Positions 28,054 to 36,322 of a DNA stretch of 64,000 nt are shown here, piece by piece. Positions within the stretch are counted from its first letter, which is position 1. Every line of letters starts with the position of its first letter. The position numbers were made by a program, and so were the translations under genes. Location: positions 1 through 64,000 of the IMG/VR virus record IMGVR_UViG_3300049855_000474; one strand, 5' to 3'. The stretch is from a virus. Under the pieces are notes generated by a model. That model searched no databases and was not told the origin of the DNA. It was given only the letters and a program-made list of their open reading frames with translations.

Positions 28054-28851
28054 ATGAGTTTAGTAATTCCTACCTTGCCTGTCTACGGAGTATGTGGACT
28101 AAAGGGGCAAGGTAAAGACACTATCGCCAGGCTAATACAGAAGGCTAATTCCGGCTTTACAATAACCCATTTCGCCCAGCCACTTAAAAGTATGACGATG
28201 GCGATCTTCGGGCTGAGCTACAGTCAGCTGTACGATGACAAGGAAAAGGAAATTCCGCTCGAAAAGGAAATCGTCATGGACGAATACCTTGAGGCGATGA
28301 AGGCAGCTACCGGACTGGATATCAAACCAGAAGGAGTAGTAGCTAAAACGCCTAGGCAGGTCCTTCAGCTATTCGGAACCGATTACGTCCGCAAGGCAGA
28401 AGATCTTTATTGGGTCACCGCTTTTCAAGGGGTAGTGAAAGCGTGCCTAACCAGGAACAGCCCAGTTATTGTTCCGGATCTAAGGTTTCTAAATGAAGAG
28501 AAAGCTATTAGGGACCTTCCTGGTGGTTATATTGTACGAGTTCTTAGAATAGATTTTCCGGAGAGTTCAGACTTACACCCATCAGAGATGGAAGGATTGA
28601 AAATTAATCCCGATCTTTTGATCGGTGCTAAGACAGGAGATCTATCTCTTCCTAGGCGGATAGCCGGATTATTAGCCCATAATCAACTAGAAGAAGCAAG
28701 TTGGTATGATTTTCGGTTAGTCCAAAAGGTACTAAAGATGTTGTCCGAGGGAAGTGATGTTGAAGGTATTGTATGTACATTATACAAGGGTGATGAAAAG
28801 ACTTATTGTGTAGTAGGTCGTATTATGGCTTACTATGGTAACTGGAAATGA
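28054..28851 (+). CDS. Deoxynucleoside monophosphate kinase (T4 gp1-like)
   Basis: GLKGQGKDT, FAQPLK, TPRQVLQLFGTD, DLRFLNE, HPSE. Confidence 0.85.
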   Translation: MSLVIPTLPVYGVCGLKGQGKDTIARLIQKANSGFTITHFAQPLKSMTMAIFGLSYSQLYDDKEKEIPLEKEIVMDEYLEAMKAATGLDIKPEGVVAKTPRQVLQLFGTDYVRKAEDLYWVTAFQGVVKACLTRNSPVIVPDLRFLNEEKAIRDLPGGYIVRVLRIDFPESSDLHPSEMEGLKINPDLLIGAKTGDLSLPRRIAGLLAHNQLEEASWYDFRLVQKVLKMLSEGSDVEGIVCTLYKGDEKTYCVVGRIMAYYGNWK

Positions 28852-29165
28852 GTAGTTTACAGCAGAAAATGGCTGAAAGCCAGTTATGCCTATCCCAGGC
28901 AGCGGGATTGGATTTATTGTTTGATTATATAGATGAACAATTTGAGTCTAAACAAACTGCTGCGCAGCTAAATGTGGAATTAGACAATCTAAACATTGAA
29001 CCAATTAATGACATTTTCTTGATTGGACTACTTACAGCGACTTTCGAAGGTAGGAAATATCTTCCTGCACGTGCCAAATTCTACGAGAGATCTTACCACC
29101 TACTGGTAAAAGTCCGGGGCAAGAACGATAGTATCATTGAAGGTCTAGAACAAGGAGATTACTGA
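28848..29165 (+). CDS. Hypothetical protein
   Basis: 105 aa, coupled both ends. Confidence 0.65.
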   Translation: MSSLQQKMAESQLCLSQAAGLDLLFDYIDEQFESKQTAAQLNVELDNLNIEPINDIFLIGLLTATFEGRKYLPARAKFYERSYHLLVKVRGKNDSIIEGLEQGDY

Positions 29166-29635
29166 TGGCTACTGCTAAATTCAAGAAGCTTGATCCTAAG
29201 GCAAAGTTACCTACCTATAACAACGAAAAAGATGCGGGGATGGATCTTTATGCTCTAGAAGACTACACAGTTACCCCCGGAGTTGTCACGAAGGTACGTA
29301 CAGGGCTAGCCCTCCAGATGCCTGAAGGTTATGAAGGGCAGGTTCGACCGAGGTCTGGTAATGCTTTCAAATTTGGACTTTCCGTTATTAACTCACCAGG
29401 CACAATTGATTCCGGATTCAGAGGAGAAATTTGTGTTCTTCTAGTCAAGCACAGTTTCAACACTAAAAATTTAGAGAGGTTTTTGCACCTAGAAAAGCAT
29501 GAAGGCAAAGCTGGTGACAAAGTTGCCCAGCTAGTAATCAAGGCAATTGAGTACCATGATATTGTCGAGATTGAAGAGTTTGATGCTCCGGAAACAGATC
29601 GTGGCGCTAAGGGATTTGGTAGCTCAGGAGTCTAA
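29165..29635 (+). CDS. dut: Trimeric dUTPase
   Basis: AGMDL, RPRSG, GTIDSGFRGEI, GDKVAQL, RGAKGFGSSG. Confidence 0.95.
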   Translation: MATAKFKKLDPKAKLPTYNNEKDAGMDLYALEDYTVTPGVVTKVRTGLALQMPEGYEGQVRPRSGNAFKFGLSVINSPGTIDSGFRGEICVLLVKHSFNTKNLERFLHLEKHEGKAGDKVAQLVIKAIEYHDIVEIEEFDAPETDRGAKGFGSSGV

Positions 29636-29637
29636 TT

Positions 29638-30750
29638 ATGTCTGATGATCAGAATTACGAACCCTTTGTCAAGAAGTACCGACCTAAGAAACTGAACGAG
29701 GTTGTCGGTCAGAAGGTCGCTGTTGGTATCATTGAAAGCATGCTTTCTAAGAACGAAATAGCACCGTGTATTCTGATTACAGGGGAATTCGGTACAGGAA
29801 AAACAACCTTAGCAAGAATTATTGCTATATATGTAAACTGTGAATCGGGAAAGGGCTGTGGTACGTGCCGATCCTGCGTAGCAATGGACAAAGGAAGTCA
29901 TCCTGACGTCACAGAGGTAAATGCGGCAGATAGCAGAGGAATTGATACAATTCGAGACCTCGTTACTATCTCGCAGCTGGCACCTCGGTTCGAAAAGCGT
30001 GTGATTATTCTCGACGAAGCGCACGCACTTACACCGCAGGCGGCTTCTGCGCTACTGAAGCCATTGGAAGAGCCCTCCAAGCGAACGATCTGGATTTTGT
30101 GCACTACCGATGCTCAGAAGATCCTGAGCACTATTAAGAGTCGGTCACGACAAATTAAGCTGCTTCCAGCTCCTGCGAAGTCCATCCAGAACCTGCTGCA
30201 GCGCATCTGTACAGCTGAAGGAGTGCCTTACCCAGAGAAGGCGCTCGAGATGATCGCCACCCTGGCGGACGGGCACCCACGTAATGCTGTCCATATGCTG
30301 GAATCGGTGAAGCATTATGCTACCAGCAACGGGATGCCTGAAAATCTAGAGGAAGTTCTCCCTAAGATTATTGACGAGATGTCCAGTATCCCACCTGAGA
30401 TTCTCTGTACCAAATACGTCCAATTGCTTTTAGACGGTGATTACAAAGCTATCCAGGCAGTTCAACGGGCAGATAACAAAGAATACTTCATGCACATAGT
30501 ATTCAAGTATTTGCGTGGAGTTGTTCACATGATGTACAATTCCCCCACTACTCCAGAGATTGAGATGTTTATGAGTCAGACACAATTCAAACGCTCTTTC
30601 AATAGGAGTCAGTTGCTTCAGTTGATGGACCTCCACTTAAACGGTCTGGAGCAGGCTAAGAGGTATGGCGTGGATGCTGCTGATGTCCTCGATATGGTGG
30701 TGCTCAAGTGCCTGGAACTGATGCAGACAGCACCACAGGTGAAATCATGA
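29638..30750 (+). CDS. dnaX: DnaX-like clamp-loader ATPase (gamma/tau type)
   Basis: KYRP, GEFGTGKTT, C4 zinc module, AAD.RGID, DEAH, LLKPLEEP, TIKSR. Confidence 0.88.
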   Translation: MSDDQNYEPFVKKYRPKKLNEVVGQKVAVGIIESMLSKNEIAPCILITGEFGTGKTTLARIIAIYVNCESGKGCGTCRSCVAMDKGSHPDVTEVNAADSRGIDTIRDLVTISQLAPRFEKRVIILDEAHALTPQAASALLKPLEEPSKRTIWILCTTDAQKILSTIKSRSRQIKLLPAPAKSIQNLLQRICTAEGVPYPEKALEMIATLADGHPRNAVHMLESVKHYATSNGMPENLEEVLPKIIDEMSSIPPEILCTKYVQLLLDGDYKAIQAVQRADNKEYFMHIVFKYLRGVVHMMYNSPTTPEIEMFMSQTQFKRSFNRSQLLQLMDLHLNGLEQAKRYGVDAADVLDMVVLKCLELMQTAPQVKS

Positions 30751-31058
30751 GCCTATATCTAACTGTTGAGGAGATTGACGAGCTGGAAGTTTTGGCTAAG
30801 AAAGCCACAGGAGGAGAGTGGTCTGTGGAACAACACGGTCCTAACCCAAAAGAGTACGTTTTGTACTCTGGAAGGAATACAGTTCTTCCAGGTACTGAAG
30901 AATCAGGATTTCCTATGCGCGGGCATGGACTCAATCTAATGTATATTAGCGAGCCAGACTGGAACGGGGATAATAACTTTGCTTACTTATCAAAAGTAAG
31001 TCCTGATACGATCTTGAAGCTAATCAACAGGATTCGAAATTTAGAAGAGGTATTATGA
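30747..31058 (+). CDS. Ead/Ea22-like protein
   Basis: LAKKATGGEW...NFAYLSKVSPDTILKLI. Confidence 0.65.
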   Translation: MSLYLTVEEIDELEVLAKKATGGEWSVEQHGPNPKEYVLYSGRNTVLPGTEESGFPMRGHGLNLMYISEPDWNGDNNFAYLSKVSPDTILKLINRIRNLEEVL

Positions 31059-31330
31059 CTATTTATGTTGGTGATTTGGTTCGGATTAGCTGTACGGTAG
31101 ACCCTGGAATGTTTTCTGACGAGCGCACTGTAGGGATTCTCGACATAAAAGAGAACCGATATGTCTACTTCTTTGCTAGTCTACGTAGTCTTCCGGACAA
31201 GACGGCTAGAGGACCTTCTGTTCATGGTAAAGTGCTAGAGCTTGACGAGGATCGAGCCCTAGTGCGCTTCAGCGGCAATGATGGTTGCGAGACATGTGTT
31301 ATAGCACTAAAGGACATTAAAGAAATATGA
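31055..31330 (+). CDS. Hypothetical protein
   Basis: 91 aa, GAGG SD, ATGA overlaps. Confidence 0.6.
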   Translation: MTIYVGDLVRISCTVDPGMFSDERTVGILDIKENRYVYFFASLRSLPDKTARGPSVHGKVLELDEDRALVRFSGNDGCETCVIALKDIKEI

Positions 31331-31680
31331 TCTACGAATACAAAGCCGAGTTGGTCAGGGTAGTCGACGGAGATACCATTTATGCCAAGACCTCGCTTGG
31401 ATTCAATGTATATATGGACTTAGAGTTCCGGTTGTTTGGCATCAATACGCCTGAGGTCATCGGAGCACAAAAGACAGCTGGGCTAGCAGCCAAGGCTGAG
31501 CTGGAGCGCCTTCTCAAAAGTGGACCACTTCGTGTAGTGTCCGAGAAGTCTGACAAATACGGTCGGTGGCTTGGTACCTTCTATGCCAAGAATGCTGACG
31601 GTACGGAAACCAACATCAATGATGCCCTCCTTAAAGGAGGCTTTGCTCTGCCTTACTTCGGGGTTGGTCCAAAGCCCTAG
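31327..31680 (+). CDS. Thermonuclease (SNase-like)
   Basis: VVDGDT, RLFGINTPE, DKYGRWLG. Confidence 0.88.
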   Translation: MIYEYKAELVRVVDGDTIYAKTSLGFNVYMDLEFRLFGINTPEVIGAQKTAGLAAKAELERLLKSGPLRVVSEKSDKYGRWLGTFYAKNADGTETNINDALLKGGFALPYFGVGPKP

Positions 31681-31681
31681 A

Positions 31682-32260
31682 TTACTTAGAACTGCGAGAC
31701 TGCGGAGGAGACCAGAAGAGGTTCCTCGTGTTTCCGCATTTAACAGGCTTCAAGTGGTTCCTTATAGCATTTCGAAGATCGTGACCATAAGGAGCGCCCC
31801 AATGCATAGCTCGACCCTTGCAAGGATCTTGAATTTCTCCTTCGTACCAAGACTGGCTAAATTCCAGAATTTTAGACCATTTCTCCTGGTGAGTAGTCCA
31901 AGATACAGCAGAAGGCCAGTGTTTGGGTCGGTCTACACCGTTTGTAGGAAGAGAATGAATCCACTTATGCCGCTTAGTGTGGTGAACTTTCTTCTGGAAT
32001 CCGGCACAATAGGCATGGACTTGGTCCCTAAGTGTCCAATCTGGGTTAGCTTGTCGACGAAATTGCCATTGACGATACAAAGTCCAAAGAATAGCAGCGT
32101 GGTCGGTAGTGGCTTGCCAACCAGCCTCAGAAACTAGTGCCTGAGCTAATAATACATGGGTTTCAGTGTCCCAGTTATCTACCTCTGGACCTGCAAAATC
32201 CGCCTTTGCAGACGATATAAACATAAAAAACATAAAAATAGTTAGTAGAAGTTTGGTCAT
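31682..32260 (-). CDS. Secreted SleB/Hydrolase_2-like cell-wall lytic transglycosylase
   Basis: Signal peptide MTKLLL...SSAKA; LAQALVSEAG (catalytic Glu position), DPCKGRAMHW, CGNTRNLFW. Confidence 0.55.
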   Translation of the reverse strand: MTKLLLTIFMFFMFISSAKADFAGPEVDNWDTETHVLLAQALVSEAGWQATTDHAAILWTLYRQWQFRRQANPDWTLRDQVHAYCAGFQKKVHHTKRHKWIHSLPTNGVDRPKHWPSAVSWTTHQEKWSKILEFSQSWYEGEIQDPCKGRAMHWGAPYGHDLRNAIRNHLKPVKCGNTRNLFWSPPQSRSSK

Positions 32261-32331
32261 AAAGATACAATAAGGCATAAAACAGAGATAAGCAACCGAA
32301 TAGATGTAAAAGAGACTGAGAGGTATTGCAG

Positions 32332-32769
32332 ATGACAGACGAAACGATGAACTTGGATAACTTGGAATTTTATGCTATCAAAGTAGGGCAAGAGGATGGA
32401 ATCCCGGCAGTGGAGCAGGATTTGTCTACAGGACAGTACAATGTTCTGATCTTCACTTCCTACGAGTCCGCAAGTAAATACTGTTATCTCCGTAAGCCGA
32501 CGCACAAAGATAATATCTACAAACTAGACAAAAAGACAGAAAATAAAAGAATTATCCAAACGGGACTACTTAGGATTGCTAGAAAGTGTTGTGTAGATTA
32601 TAAGTACATTGGTGGTGTAGTTTTCGATCATCCTGGGGTTTCTGGGAAAGATACAATATACGCTACCATGCAAGCAGTAGCGTTGGCAGCTCGACGACTG
32701 GTTCCAAAGGAGAGTACCAATAATATCTTTGAGTTTCTAGCGAGAGCGGACGCTGAAGATAACATCTAA
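32332..32769 (+). CDS. Hypothetical protein
   Basis: GAGAGG SD; about 145 aa. Confidence 0.65.
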   Translation: MTDETMNLDNLEFYAIKVGQEDGIPAVEQDLSTGQYNVLIFTSYESASKYCYLRKPTHKDNIYKLDKKTENKRIIQTGLLRIARKCCVDYKYIGGVVFDHPGVSGKDTIYATMQAVALAARRLVPKESTNNIFEFLARADAEDNI

Positions 32770-32774
32770 AGGTC

Positions 32775-32790
32775 TTATTTGATAGGGTGG
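32775..32790 (+). promoter_or_regulatory. 16-bp motif TTATTTGATAGGGTGG, identical to 42145-42160 (candidate late promoter)
   Basis: Exact repeat upstream of two tail-module genes. Confidence 0.55.
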
Positions 32791-33830
32791 CATACCCAGA
32801 AGACGAAAAGCCAGAAGATTTCATCTTCCAGGCGGTACCAAAGAGTGCCAGACAAGCCGCAGCCCAAACTGCGGAAAGTCGCGTAACTATGACGGTTAAG
32901 AGCGCTATTCAATCCTATCTGGAGCGCTTCTTCAAAGAAGACGGCTGTTACAGGAAACAGTTACAACAAACGGCGCCTTATGCTATTCAGTACGAAACTA
33001 GTATTTCTGGCGCTAAAGACATCTCTGACCCTACAGTATACGAGTTGCAGCTCGCGAGACTTTGGAAAGAGCTTCGACAAAAGCTGCCTTGTATACTAAT
33101 AGTTGACCAAGAGTTCAAATACGAAATATCAGGTCTTGGGGGTATTTCAGGGTCTTTCCTCTTTAGTAGGAAGACCTCGTCTATTGAGCTTAAAATGGAT
33201 TGCTCAGTTACGATGTTAATCGAAGTAGCTGCCTGGGATGAGACCACATGCAGCGATCTTAGAGATCTTCTGGTCTACATATTTGGACCGCTGACAATAG
33301 CTAATAAAAGCCATGTAATCAGGAGTAGTAGGAATCAAGATAGATGGGAAATCAGGCTACCCCAGGCTTTTGACCCCCAAGGGCTAGAACGTAAAAATGT
33401 AGAAGGTGATTCTAAGGATTCTTTCTGGATCTCTGGAATAGAACTCACCGTAGATTTCGAAGGAACTATCGACCTAGCCTTTGCCAACCAAACCCAGCTT
33501 GTTACGGTTGGGGATTTTAGAGAAGGCATGATTCCTAATGGCTTTGATATCGATGGCGTAATGACCTATATCCCAGCGGAAGGAACACCGACAGTAGAAA
33601 GTATTTCCGTTCCCACGGAAGTGACGCTAGGTCGTCCTACTAATATTACAGCACATTGGATCCCAGCTCAGGCAATATTTATCAGTGATGACCCCCGTAT
33701 TGCAATTGTGGACGAAAAGGGTGTCATCATACCAAAAAGATTAGGAAAATTCCGTGTCCATTTGATGGATTATGGAAAAAACAACCCAGAGGCTTTATTG
33801 ACCTGGGAAGTGCAGGTTAAAACGATGTAA
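32787..33830 (+). CDS. Putative tail completion/neck protein with C-terminal Ig-like (Big_2) domain
   Basis: LPCILIV motif, position before sheath, SDDPRIAIVDEKGVI..KRLG. Confidence 0.5.
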   Translation: MAYPEDEKPEDFIFQAVPKSARQAAAQTAESRVTMTVKSAIQSYLERFFKEDGCYRKQLQQTAPYAIQYETSISGAKDISDPTVYELQLARLWKELRQKLPCILIVDQEFKYEISGLGGISGSFLFSRKTSSIELKMDCSVTMLIEVAAWDETTCSDLRDLLVYIFGPLTIANKSHVIRSSRNQDRWEIRLPQAFDPQGLERKNVEGDSKDSFWISGIELTVDFEGTIDLAFANQTQLVTVGDFREGMIPNGFDIDGVMTYIPAEGTPTVESISVPTEVTLGRPTNITAHWIPAQAIFISDDPRIAIVDEKGVIIPKRLGKFRVHLMDYGKNNPEALLTWEVQVKTM

Positions 33831-33850
33831 GCTGTACAGTGGAGGTGTAA

Positions 33851-34054
33851 ATGTCCTGGTCAACAAAAATATTGGTGTATTTACTTAATTTTGTACTAGG
33901 AAAACTCCTCCCTGATAGCAATTTCGTAATTTGGGCTTTCGATACTAAACAAAAACAGGTAAAGGCTTCAATATTCCTGAAGCGTAAAAGCGAAGGAAAC
34001 TACAGCTACAACATAATTACCTTACATAATAAAGCTAAAAAGTCGGGTACTTAG
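33851..34054 (+). CDS. Small hypothetical protein
   Basis: GGAGGT SD, 67 aa. Confidence 0.6.
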   Translation: MSWSTKILVYLLNFVLGKLLPDSNFVIWAFDTKQKQVKASIFLKRKSEGNYSYNIITLHNKAKKSGT

Positions 34055-34105
34055 CCCTGATTATTTAACTTTAGAGGCACACCTCGAAGGGATCTGGAGT
34101 TTCAA

Positions 34106-34498
34106 ATGAATATCGATAAACTATACAAGCTTGCTATTGCGTTGGAAGCGCAAGAGATGCATGACGAATCTGTCAAAATTGGTCGATTGATTCGAGAAAT
34201 CAACGCCGCTCCTTCGAAGGATTCGGATGTTGAGATTTCAAGCTGGCCTGACTTCCTCGGCTGGTGGAACAACAATCGTGGGCAAGCACTTTCATACATC
34301 TTCATCGATACTTACGGTGAAAATAGCGAGGAAGCCCAGGAAGTAATTAAACTCATTCAGGAGTCAAATGCTCTTGAGGAGCATTTACATAAGTTCTACA
34401 TGCAGCTTCGTCAGAAAGCACAGCAATCAGCTGCTCCTGGACCAGCGGCACCAGCGGCACCAGCAGCTGACGAAGACCTAGAAGACCTGACAGCGTAA
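34106..34498 (+). CDS. Hypothetical (possible internal virion) protein
   Basis: GGAG SD; N-terminal KLYKLAIALEAQ helix; APAAPAAP tail. Confidence 0.65.
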   Translation: MNIDKLYKLAIALEAQEMHDESVKIGRLIREINAAPSKDSDVEISSWPDFLGWWNNNRGQALSYIFIDTYGENSEEAQEVIKLIQESNALEEHLHKFYMQLRQKAQQSAAPGPAAPAAPAADEDLEDLTA

Positions 34499-34502
34499 GT
34501 AA

Positions 34503-34727
34503 ATGAGACCCGACCTTCAGAAACGACTAGAAGCAGTAGCTTCAGTTCTAGATAAAACAGCGGATGTTGCGGAAAGAGCAATATCATCTGAAAAATATCG
34601 CCTACGTAAGCAAATACTAAAGGCAGTTGAAAAAATAGGATCTATTTCTCTGTCCCGAGAACAACAGACCAAAATAGTTGCCTATCTAGATTTGCTTGGT
34701 ACAAAACTAACTAGATTAGGTAAATAG
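34503..34727 (+). CDS. Small protein of MRx(D/E)LQKR family
   Basis: MRPDLQKRLEAVAS. Confidence 0.65.
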   Translation: MRPDLQKRLEAVASVLDKTADVAERAISSEKYRLRKQILKAVEKIGSISLSREQQTKIVAYLDLLGTKLTRLGK

Positions 34728-34736
34728 GCAATACCA

Positions 34737-36113
34737 TTGAGTACCTTTATATCGATAGCTAATAAACTGCAAAAGCTTGCGATTACAGCCTCTACGATGG
34801 CTGAGATACGCAAAGAGCTTATTAATGGCTATGGATGGGAGGCTGGTGATTACATCAACCTCAACAAGGTAATAGGCAAACAGTCTGTATCTATAGATCT
34901 AGAGGGTGACAAAGAGGGCGACCATGCCAAACTCCACGTAAGTTGGAGTTTCAAGGATCGTTCCGGAGTCTACATCTATAAGGATGAGGACATAGAAGAG
35001 ACTGCTCAGAATATCAATGACCTTGCCGAGACGCTACTAAATGAAAGTTCCGATGAGAGGAAAAAGCGTCAACAGAAAGAAAAAGCTGACCTAGTGCAGG
35101 TCCGTAAAGATCGCAAAGAACTAGAGGCTAAGGAAAAAGAAAAGAAAAAGCAGGAAAAAGCCAAAGAGAACTCTGCGGAGAAAATCAAAATTGACAGGAA
35201 TAAAATACACGAAATCAAGTCATGGCTTGTAGATCGTGGCTGGAAGTTAGCAAAAGTTTACGGATATTACAAGGAATTCGGCGATGTACGAGTATGGCTT
35301 ACGTTCGGACGGAATAGTGTATCTATAGGCTCTAGTATTAAAGCTTCCAGTCAAATTGATTTCGAAAATATGGACTCTTTTGAGGCAGCCCAGAAGATTG
35401 ATGAAACTGCTGAAAATCTGGCAATGATCCATACAGAAGGTCCTGATACAAACAAACCAGAGCATCAGGAACTTAAGTTAATCCATGCACTAAACGAGTT
35501 CGGCTGGAAAAATAGCCATATAGACGGCGGAGTACTCCGCACATCTAGGGAACTGCTAGGAACGGAACTCCCTTGTATTATTACAATGGCTATTGACCTG
35601 GAATCGGGTAGAACAAATTTTGCATGGATTGCTAATAATGAGCATCCGATCCAAATACTTTCATGGGTATTGGACATAGCAGATTTGAAGACTAAAGAGC
35701 TTACAGAGAAAATTAACCTACTGTATGATTCTGTCCAGAAGAGTGTTCGCAGAAAGGATGCTATTTTAGGAGAAGAAGTAGCTAAGCAGCAAGAGCAAAA
35801 GAAGAAAGATGATGAGTATAATGCCTGGAAAGCCAAGCAAACTCAAACAATAAATAAAAAAGATAAAGAAGAATCCTGGAAACGACGGCTAGAGCGTGAG
35901 TTAGCACAAAAGAAAGCACCTGCCAAAGCCATTAATCTAGACCCTGCTGCTCTTGAAAATCTCGTAAAAGCTGAAATTAAGACAGCCGAAACTAAAGTAA
36001 CCCCAGGTCGTTGGTTTATGCAAGTCGTAAAACCTGGGCAACGTCGGTATTTCCGAGGATTGAAAACCAAAAAAAAAACGGTGGAATTGCTGGCGTATTA
36101 TATGATGAGATGA
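34737..36113 (+). CDS. Three-repeat protein; likely extends to 36229 via frameshift at an A10 tract
   Basis: Repeats L...GW[EK]...A..I...AE.L three times; A10 at 36069-36078. Confidence 0.65.
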   Translation: MSTFISIANKLQKLAITASTMAEIRKELINGYGWEAGDYINLNKVIGKQSVSIDLEGDKEGDHAKLHVSWSFKDRSGVYIYKDEDIEETAQNINDLAETLLNESSDERKKRQQKEKADLVQVRKDRKELEAKEKEKKKQEKAKENSAEKIKIDRNKIHEIKSWLVDRGWKLAKVYGYYKEFGDVRVWLTFGRNSVSIGSSIKASSQIDFENMDSFEAAQKIDETAENLAMIHTEGPDTNKPEHQELKLIHALNEFGWKNSHIDGGVLRTSRELLGTELPCIITMAIDLESGRTNFAWIANNEHPIQILSWVLDIADLKTKELTEKINLLYDSVQKSVRRKDAILGEEVAKQQEQKKKDDEYNAWKAKQTQTINKKDKEESWKRRLERELAQKKAPAKAINLDPAALENLVKAEIKTAETKVTPGRWFMQVVKPGQRRYFRGLKTKKKTVELLAYYMMR

Positions 36114-36322
36114 ACACGAAGGCTATTAAAGCCAGCGTGTCCAAGGATAGTTTCAAGCTCTGGTGTGAACTACAAGAAGAACAAGTTCCTGCTTCTATCC
36201 GGAATAAGATTCTAGCGAAAATTTCGTAACATTACGGATTCTTACATCAAAAGCTTGGGCGCCAAGCTTATAACCTAAACGTCGACCTACAGCCATAAGC
36301 TGAGTATCGAAGGATAATAACT

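Noticed and set aside
31571-32137. 188-aa + strand ORF
   Set aside because: Antisense to the signal-peptide hydrolase gene, which has the better protein features
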